32,000 bases of DNA. Origin: Acinetobacter wanghuae (GTDB taxonomy: Bacteria; Pseudomonadota; Gammaproteobacteria; Pseudomonadales; Moraxellaceae). A program made the position numbers and the translations under genes. Below, in pieces: positions 25,729 to 32,000 of this stretch. The stretch covers positions 420,001 through 452,000 of the forward strand of contig NZ_CP045650.1 in assembly GCF_009557235.1 (NCBI RefSeq). Direction: 5' to 3'. The notes under the pieces are model-generated. The model ran no database searches. It saw only the letters and a list, made by a program, of their open reading frames with translations, and was not told where the DNA came from. Numbering within the stretch: the first letter of the stretch is position 1; each line of letters opens with the position of its first letter.

Positions 25729-26610
25729 ATGGCGCTGTTACTTCCCTTGATTTCCTTTTTAATCGGTTATCGGGGTGTTCACTATTTAAAATCTATTCGT
25801 CCTTTGCTCGCTACACTTCTGGCAAGGTTGCTCATTCCTTTAGTCATCATTTACAACATGGTGTTCTATAAAGAGGGCAGTCTCTGGCTCATTGGTTTTA
25901 GTATTCTGAGTTCAATTGTACTGTTTAGCCTATTTTATTTTTTCGCGAAAGATAAACTGCGTGCGCTATGCTTTAGCTACCTGAACGGTGTATGGTTGGG
26001 CCTGCCTTTTGCTTTGGCGGTATTTGGTCCTGATGCGATGCCGACCATTATTGCGCTATATATTGGTGGGTCATTATTTGGCAATATCAGTGCGGTGATT
26101 GCGGTCAGTCAAGCACGTCAACATTGGACATTTATTCTTAAAAATGTGCTGCAATCTCCACCCGTTATTGCGCTGAGTATTGCTGCAATTTTATCGTTTT
26201 GGGATTTGAGTCGGTTTGAATTTGAGCCTATTGTGCAGTGGACCTATGCTGCCAACAAATTTTTAGTGACCTTTGCAGGTATGTGCATATTGGGCATGTG
26301 GCTCAGTCAAGTCCGTATTCAGTTAAGCGATTTAAAACGTAGTTTATTACTCATCAGCGGGCGTTTTATATTTGCTTTACTGTTAGCAGCTGGTGCTTAT
26401 GCATTTTTACCTATTCCGCATCACGTACTGACCTATAGCGTCATGATGATGTACTTTTTACTGCCACCTGCTGCCAATATCGTTGCGCTTGAAACCTATT
26501 ATCAGGGGACAGGCATCTCGGCAAAATATATCGCTTCAGGCACGATTGCCAGTACGATTTTGATTGGGGTTTATAGCGTATTAGTGCATACGATGATGCC
26601 TACATTATAG
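25729..26610 (+). CDS. Polytopic membrane permease, possibly AEC (auxin efflux carrier)-family
   Basis: 293 aa with about 8-10 TM segments. The family assignment rests on overall resemblance only. Confidence 0.5.
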   Translation: MALLLPLISFLIGYRGVHYLKSIRPLLATLLARLLIPLVIIYNMVFYKEGSLWLIGFSILSSIVLFSLFYFFAKDKLRALCFSYLNGVWLGLPFALAVFGPDAMPTIIALYIGGSLFGNISAVIAVSQARQHWTFILKNVLQSPPVIALSIAAILSFWDLSRFEFEPIVQWTYAANKFLVTFAGMCILGMWLSQVRIQLSDLKRSLLLISGRFIFALLLAAGAYAFLPIPHHVLTYSVMMMYFLLPPAANIVALETYYQGTGISAKYIASGTIASTILIGVYSVLVHTMMPTL

Positions 26611-26649
26611 ATTCCCTCTCCTTTTAGGAGAGGGCTAGGGAGAGGTCAA
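26611..26649 (-). repeat. REP-like palindromic repeat, copy 2 (inverted relative to copy 1)
   Basis: The reverse complement of attccctctccttttaggagagggctagggagaggtcaa matches 16672-16710 at 36 of 39 positions. It begins immediately after the permease stop codon. Confidence 0.8.
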
Positions 26650-26653
26650 TAAT

Positions 26654-26686
26654 CCCTCCCAATCTCCCTTTAAAAAAGGGAGGGGT
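26654..26686. repeat. Second G/C-tract hairpin module next to REP copy 2
   Basis: ccctcccaatctccctttaaaaaagggaggggt. The arm ctcccttt (26664-26671) pairs with aaagggag (26675-26682). Alternatively, ccctccc (26654-26660) can pair with gggaggg (26678-26684). Confidence 0.6.
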
Positions 26687-26693
26687 TAAATGT

Positions 26694-27320
26694 TTACTTC
26701 GCCAAACTTGCTTTAAATAACTTCATTGCTTGACCACGATGGCTGATCTTATTTTTCTCTTCTTTACTCATTTCGGCACTCGAAATACCGAGTTCAGGCA
26801 ACCAGAACAATGGGTCATAGCCAAAACCATTTTCGCCACGAGCAGCTTCTAAAACCTCGCCTTTCCAAATGCCTTGGAAAATTTGTGGAAGTGGATCATC
26901 TGCATGTTGAACCAAAGCCAATACACACACGAACATCCCTTCGATAGCTTCGCCTTCTTTACGCAGTGGTTTCAAATCGGCAAGTAATTTTTCATTGTTG
27001 GCTGCATCGTTACCATGTTCACCAGCATAACGTGCAGAGTAAATGCCGGGTGCACCCGCTAAAACTGGAACACAAATGCCTGAGTCATCGGCAATGGCGG
27101 GTTTGCCTGAAATACGTGATGCGTGACGGGCTTTAATAATGGCATTTTCAACGAAACTTAAACCATCTTCGATGGCGTCTTCAATATTGAGTTTACCCTG
27201 TGCAACCACATCTACCGGTAAATTTAATTCAGCAAAAAGCTTTTCAAACTCCGCAATTTTCCCTTTGTTATTGCTTGCTAGAACCAATGTTCCTTGTGAT
27301 AACCAATCTGTAGACGCCAT
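26694..27320 (-). CDS. rdgB: Non-canonical purine NTP (dITP/XTP) pyrophosphatase RdgB/HAM1
   Basis: VLASNNKGKIAEFEKLF...ADDSGICVPVLAGAPGIYSARYAG...GFGYDPLF...ISHRGQA are canonical RdgB motifs. Confidence 0.92.
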   Translation of the reverse strand: MASTDWLSQGTLVLASNNKGKIAEFEKLFAELNLPVDVVAQGKLNIEDAIEDGLSFVENAIIKARHASRISGKPAIADDSGICVPVLAGAPGIYSARYAGEHGNDAANNEKLLADLKPLRKEGEAIEGMFVCVLALVQHADDPLPQIFQGIWKGEVLEAARGENGFGYDPLFWLPELGISSAEMSKEEKNKISHRGQAMKLFKASLAK

Positions 27321-27383
27321 GTTTAACTCATTGTCTTAATATCAATTGGGCTATTTTAACGATCATTTCGCTCCAATAGGCAA

Positions 27384-27411
27384 TAAAAAAAGCACCCGAA
27401 GGTGCTTTTTT
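27384..27411 (-). terminator. Rho-independent terminator after the Sel1-repeat gene
   Basis: Stem agcacc (27391-27396) pairs with ggtgct (27401-27406), loop cgaa, flanked by A7 and T6 runs. Confidence 0.8.
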
Positions 27412-27422
27412 GAAAGAAGAAC

Positions 27423-28013
27423 TTAAAGTCCCTGAATCCATTTGTCGGCACGATCACGCGCTTGACGAATCTGATCTTGGGTTAAGTTTGCAGCCAATGC
27501 TGTTTTCTTACCTTCAGACAGTGTAATGACTTTATTATCGAGCATGCCATCACGGGTAGAGAGTTCATACCACTGATAAGCGCTCATATAATTTTTCTTT
27601 TTTTCATCCATCATGGCAAGGTTAAAGCTGGCACGGTTATCACCACGGCTTGCCGCTTTTTCTAAATAACGACGTGCAAGGACTTCATCCTTTTTTGTGC
27701 CAATCCCATCTGCAAGCATACGACCGACATTCAGCTGAGCAACCGCTAAACCTTGATCTGCTGCTGCTTTGTACCATGCAAAGGCCTGGCGATCATCTTT
27801 AGCGACATCTTTACCATATTGATATTTGGTCGCTAAATAAAACTGTGCACCCGGTTGACCCGCTTTGGCAGATTTAATCAGGCTGTTGATGTCCATAACA
27901 GAATATTGAGCAGCTTGGCTCGACACAGACGCGCTTGGTGACACATAGTCTGCATGACTTTGCATGCTGAATAGTCCCGCTAGTAGCGTCGTACTGAGTA
28001 GTAATTTTTTCAT
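27423..28013 (-). CDS. Secreted Sel1-like (TPR-type) repeat protein
   Basis: A signal peptide (MKKLLLSTTLLAGLFSMQSHA) and repeated ...A..WY.KAA.QG...AQ..LG..Y..G.G motifs. The start overlaps the metW stop by 4 nt. Confidence 0.78.
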   Translation of the reverse strand: MKKLLLSTTLLAGLFSMQSHADYVSPSASVSSQAAQYSVMDINSLIKSAKAGQPGAQFYLATKYQYGKDVAKDDRQAFAWYKAAADQGLAVAQLNVGRMLADGIGTKKDEVLARRYLEKAASRGDNRASFNLAMMDEKKKNYMSAYQWYELSTRDGMLDNKVITLSEGKKTALAANLTQDQIRQARDRADKWIQGL

Positions 28014-28603
28014 AGCGCACTCACTCGATAGATCGCGACTTCACCAAATAAATTTGGAAGATGTTTACTGAGTAAACTATCTTGTTGATCCCCATTCACT
28101 GCGAGTCGATCAATAATTTTAATGTTATTTTCGGCGCAAAGCGCTTCAAAATCCCGAAATGTACATAAGTGGATATTCGGTGTGTTATACCACATGTACG
28201 GCAAAGCTTCAGATACAGGCATTCTTCCTTTTAATGCCAAGAAAGAACGTGTCTTCCAATGGGCAAAGTTTGGGAAGGTAATGATTGCCTGTTTCCCCAC
28301 ACGCACCATATCTCTTAATAAAACATCGGGCGCATCTACAGCTTGCAAAGCTTGTGCCATAACCACATTGTCAAAGGACTGGTCGGCAAAGCGGCTTAAA
28401 CCGAGGTTTAAGTCTTGTTGGATAATATTTAACCCGCGACTGACCGCAATTGCAATCTTTTCTTGATCAATTTCGAGTCCGTAAGCACGAATATCATGCT
28501 TTTTACTCATTTGTGCTAGCAGTTCACCATCGCCACAGCCAAGGTCAAGTACGCTCGAACCGGGTTTAATCCACTTTTCAGCGAGTTGTTGGTCGATACG
28601 CAT
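28010..28603 (-). CDS. metW: Methionine biosynthesis protein MetW
   Basis: A SAM-methyltransferase-like fold with VLDLGCGDGELL, about 197 aa, immediately downstream of metX with a 1-nt overlap (TAATG). This is the classic metXW pair. Confidence 0.9.
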   Translation of the reverse strand: MRIDQQLAEKWIKPGSSVLDLGCGDGELLAQMSKKHDIRAYGLEIDQEKIAIAVSRGLNIIQQDLNLGLSRFADQSFDNVVMAQALQAVDAPDVLLRDMVRVGKQAIITFPNFAHWKTRSFLALKGRMPVSEALPYMWYNTPNIHLCTFRDFEALCAENNIKIIDRLAVNGDQQDSLLSKHLPNLFGEVAIYRVSAL

Positions 28604-29763
28604 TATGCGACCTCCTTCGGTGTTGCTTTCAGGTGTTGTTCACCACCTAAGAATGCACGTAAAGATTTTACATACAATGGAATTGGGAATAAGAACGAGT
28701 CATGTCCTTGTTCCGCATCAATATCTAGATAGCTGACAGGTTTATGGCTGCTAATTAACGCATCGACAATTTCTTGTGAACGTGCAGGTGTGAAACGCCA
28801 ATCGGTGGTAAATGACACCACCAAGAATTTGCACTGGGTATTTGCCATCGCTTTTTTCAGTGATTGGTCAAACTCACGTGAAGGATCGAAATAATCCAGT
28901 GCTTTGGTCATAATCAAATACGTATTGGCGTCGAAGTTACGGCTAAATTGTTCGCCTTGATAACGTAAATAGCTTTCAACTTGGAACTCAACGTCAAAAC
29001 CATACATAAATTTGCCTGACTTTAAGTCACGACCAAATTTTTGTTTCATGGCTTCCTCAGACAGATAGGTAATATGACCTACCATCCGCGCCAAAATTAA
29101 GCCACGTTTAGGATAACTATCATTTTCTAGATAACGACCATTGTGGAAATCAGGATCGGATAGAATCGACTGACGCGCCACTTCGTTAAAGGCAATGTTT
29201 TGTGCGGAAAGTTTGGGTGCACTGGCAATGATCACGCACTTGCGTAAACGATCAGGATAATCCACCGACCATTGCAAAGCTTGCATCCCACCAAGTGAAC
29301 CACCGATGATAGCATCCCAAGTCTCAATGCCTAAACGGTCAGACAGCAATGCTTGCGTCTTGACCCAGTCACGTACAGTTACGAGTGGAAAATCAGGTCC
29401 ATAAGGGCGATTTTCATTTTCAGGGTTTGGTGATGTTGGGCCAGTTGAGCCGCTACAACCACCAATATTATTAATCGAAACAACAAAGAATTTTGATGTA
29501 TCAATGGCTTTGCCGGGACCAATACATGAATCCCACCAACCGGGTTTTTTATCATCGACATGATGATAGCCTGCAGCATGGTGATGACCAGAAAGGGCGT
29601 GACAAATCAAAATTGCATTGGACTTATCGGCATTTAAGGTGCCATAAGTTTCAACCATGATGTCATAACGGGGGAGGATGCGACCGCATTCAAGCTCTAA
29701 CGGCTGTTCGAATTGGAACTTTTGTGGGGTTACTAAACCCACTGAGTCAGCTGGAAAAGACAC
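28603..29763 (-). CDS. metX: Homoserine O-acyltransferase MetX (acetyl or succinyl specificity not determinable here)
   Basis: An alpha/beta-hydrolase with [12 protein letters not shown] (nucleophile elbow) and the [12 protein letters not shown] and DSFL motifs typical of MetX. Confidence 0.92.
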   Translation of the reverse strand: MSFPADSVGLVTPQKFQFEQPLELECGRILPRYDIMVETYGTLNADKSNAILICHALSGHHHAAGYHHVDDKKPGWWDSCIGPGKAIDTSKFFVVSINNIGGCSGSTGPTSPNPENENRPYGPDFPLVTVRDWVKTQALLSDRLGIETWDAIIGGSLGGMQALQWSVDYPDRLRKCVIIASAPKLSAQNIAFNEVARQSILSDPDFHNGRYLENDSYPKRGLILARMVGHITYLSEEAMKQKFGRDLKSGKFMYGFDVEFQVESYLRYQGEQFSRNFDANTYLIMTKALDYFDPSREFDQSLKKAMANTQCKFLVVSFTTDWRFTPARSQEIVDALISSHKPVSYLDIDAEQGHDSFLFPIPLYVKSLRAFLGGEQHLKATPKEVA

Positions 29764-29794
29764 GGGAATGATTCGCCTTAAATCTTTAGTATGA

Positions 29795-29826
29795 ATAATA
29801 AAAGGATACCACTAGCGGGTATCCTT
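29795..29826 (-). terminator. Rho-independent terminator after leuA
   Basis: A 9-bp stem, aaggatacc (29802-29810) with ggtatcctt (29818-29826). On the minus strand it is followed by ttttatt. Confidence 0.75.
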
Positions 29827-29874
29827 CTAAAGTCATTTTAATGCTATGAATTATTGCTAATTCTAATAGTGAAT

Positions 29875-31572
29875 TTACACTGCAGCAGCAACCACTTGTT
29901 CGGTACTTAAAATACCTTGTTCGATCAAACGGTTGGTACAGGCAATAATCGCTTCGATAGAAGATGTCACAATGTTGTCGTGAACACCTGCACCAAACAC
30001 AGATTTACCGCTGCCTTTGACTTGTAGCTCAACCAATGCCAAGGCTTTGGCATGTGCACCTGAACTGATGCTGCGTTCTTCATAGTTCAAGACATCAATT
30101 GGCAATTGTAATGCATCTAAAATGGCTGAAATTGGACCATTGCCTTCACCATGTAGACGTTGCGTTTCTCCATTGACTTCAATATCAAGCTCAACCACTT
30201 GCTTGCCATTTTCATCGGAAAGTTTATAGTTTTTGCTCGAGTAATGGGCATCTTTGATGTCCACATAGGTCTCTTTAAACAATTTCCAAATTTCAGTGGC
30301 AGAAATTTCAGTACCTTGTTCATCGGTACGTTTTTGCACAATTTGTGAGAATTCAATTTGCAAACGACGTGGTAAAACGACGTTATAATTCGATTCTAAC
30401 AAGTAGGCGATACCACCTTTACCTGACTGAGAATTGACACGAATGACCGCATCATAGTCACGCCCTAAATCTTTCGGGTCGATTGGTAAATATGGCATAT
30501 CCCACATGTCTTGATCTTTTTGGAACTCAAAACCTTTTTTAATTGCATCTTGGTGTGAGCCTGAGAATGCCGTAAACACCAAATCACCTGCATATGGATG
30601 ACGTGGATGAACAGGTAAGCCTGTGCATTCTTCAACGGTCGCAATAATCTCATTAATGTTTGAGAAATCTAAGTTTGGTGCAACACCTTGGGTATACATG
30701 TTTAAGGCAATTGCAGCAACGTCGACATTACCTGTACGTTCACCGTTACCAAAGACACAGCCTTCGACGCGGTCCGCGCCTGCCATAATGGCAAGCTCAG
30801 AGGCTGCAATACCGCAACCACGGTCATTATGACAATGTACTGAAATCAAGACACCATCGCGACGTGCGATATTACGGTGCATCCATTCGATCTGATCGGC
30901 ATAAACATGTGGACCTGAAACTTCAACCGTTGCTGGCAAGTTCAAAATCACTTTATTGGTTGGGCTTGCTTCCCAAATTTCAGTCACCGCATCGCAGACA
31001 TCTTTTGCGACTTCTAACTCAGTTGCGGTAAAGCATTCTGGAGAATATTGGAAAATGAATTCTGTTTCAGGCTGCTTCGCTGCGTATTCTTTAACTTTAG
31101 TCGCTGCATTAATGGCGAGTTGTTTTGCACCTTCAATGTCTACATTCAATACTTTTTCGCGGAAGGTGGGCGAGTTCGAATTATAGATATGCACAATGGC
31201 ACGTTTTGCGCCTTGTAAAGATTCAAAGGTACGTTGAATTAAATGGTCACGTGCTTGCACCAAAACTTCAATATACACGTCATCTGGAATATGTTTTTCT
31301 TCGATCAATTTACGCGTAAAGTCGAAGTCAATTTGTGATGCTGATGGGAAACCAATTTCAATATGTTTGAAACCAATTTTCACCAACATTTGGAACATTT
31401 TAAATTTTTGCTCCATGTTCATTGGCTCGAAGATCGCTTGGTTACCGTCACGTAGGTCGGTACTCATCCAGATAGGCGCTTTATTAATTTCATTATTCGG
31501 CCATTGACGGTCTGGTAAGTCCACACGTTGATACATGCGACGGTATTTTTTACTTGGATCAGCCAACATCAT
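29875..31572 (-). CDS. leuA: 2-isopropylmalate synthase, long (about 565 aa) form
   Basis: DLRDGNQA, HCHNDRGCGIA and GNGERTGN are catalytic TIM-barrel motifs. A C-terminal LeuA dimerisation/regulatory domain is present. Confidence 0.93.
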   Translation of the reverse strand: MMLADPSKKYRRMYQRVDLPDRQWPNNEINKAPIWMSTDLRDGNQAIFEPMNMEQKFKMFQMLVKIGFKHIEIGFPSASQIDFDFTRKLIEEKHIPDDVYIEVLVQARDHLIQRTFESLQGAKRAIVHIYNSNSPTFREKVLNVDIEGAKQLAINAATKVKEYAAKQPETEFIFQYSPECFTATELEVAKDVCDAVTEIWEASPTNKVILNLPATVEVSGPHVYADQIEWMHRNIARRDGVLISVHCHNDRGCGIAASELAIMAGADRVEGCVFGNGERTGNVDVAAIALNMYTQGVAPNLDFSNINEIIATVEECTGLPVHPRHPYAGDLVFTAFSGSHQDAIKKGFEFQKDQDMWDMPYLPIDPKDLGRDYDAVIRVNSQSGKGGIAYLLESNYNVVLPRRLQIEFSQIVQKRTDEQGTEISATEIWKLFKETYVDIKDAHYSSKNYKLSDENGKQVVELDIEVNGETQRLHGEGNGPISAILDALQLPIDVLNYEERSISSGAHAKALALVELQVKGSGKSVFGAGVHDNIVTSSIEAIIACTNRLIEQGILSTEQVVAAAV

Positions 31573-32000
31573 GAGAGAGCTCCTTGTGTAACCAGACTGA
31601 CCGTGGTCTTGGATGAAGCGGTCACTGGGCTACAAATAGATTTTGTCTATAATCGTTTTCATATAGCGCATTATTGATATTAGATCATCTAAAATATTTT
31701 GAAATATTGGGACTTTAGATATACCAGTTACACTATATGCTTAACCTATAACCTAAAGTTTAATCCAGATAAACCGAAAAGTTTTTGCTTTTTCTATGGA
31801 TTTTAGTCGTATGTTAATAAAGATTTTCTTATAAAGTGAACATCACGATAAAAATTTTCATAAAATTTATATTTGTGAAATGAAGTTCCCTTTGAATTTT
31901 AATAAACACTTATTTTTTTCAATACCTATCATTTTATTTTAGTACTAAATGGCTTTGAAATGCCTGAATTCATCTTAAATAACCATAAATTCAGGCATGA

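Noticed and set aside
28122-31319. Several plus-strand ORFs opposite metW and leuA, including 28122-28466, 30160-30348, 30623-30832, 30956-31186 and 31125-31319.
   Set aside because: All are antisense shadows of strongly supported biosynthetic genes.
31640-31675. A short ORF upstream of leuA (MKTIIDKIYL) as a leucine attenuator leader peptide.
   Set aside because: It has only one Leu codon and no run of Leu codons. No terminator/antiterminator pair with a U-tract follows it.

Overview
By gene content and an AT-rich composition judged by eye, this window looks like a chromosomal, mostly housekeeping segment of an Acinetobacter-like (Moraxellaceae) gammaproteobacterium. That assignment is an inference, not a search result. 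I call about 36 protein genes: the 3' end of topA, an NYN/LOTUS gene with a membrane zincin gene, a UvrD-like helicase, an RRM protein, a CPA2 antiporter, rpmB-rpmG, an aldehyde dehydrogenase with a divergent TetR gene, purU, tonB-exbB-exbD, msrA, a META lipoprotein, a DUF4105-like protein, folA, thyA, a lipocalin, lgt, an NRDE protein, phoX, tatABC, a permease, rdgB, metX-metW with a Sel1 gene, and leuA. rpmG is missing from the ORF track because it is under 60 aa. I found no rRNA, tRNA, CRISPR array, transposase, integrase or phage gene. I see no clear-cut novel system, and most of the window is ordinary core genome. Four places deserve a second look. (1) A roughly 2.4-kb islet sits between lgt and thyA. 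It carries a signal-less papain-like (Tae4/CHAP-like) amidase gene whose 3' end overlaps two tandem paralogous 4-TM protein genes. (2) Two perfect inverted DnaA boxes plus one 8/9 box lie at 2335-2382, just upstream of the helicase gene. (3) A tightly coupled NYN-LOTUS gene and a membrane-anchored HExxHxxGxxD zincin gene lie next to topA and the helicase. (4) A 39-nt REP-like palindromic repeat occurs in two inverted copies about 10 kb apart. Regulatory sites readable from the sequence are four phased Pho-box repeats upstream of phoX, an 18-bp perfect palindrome between the TetR and aldehyde dehydrogenase genes, a Fur-like box at tonB, and many rho-independent terminators.
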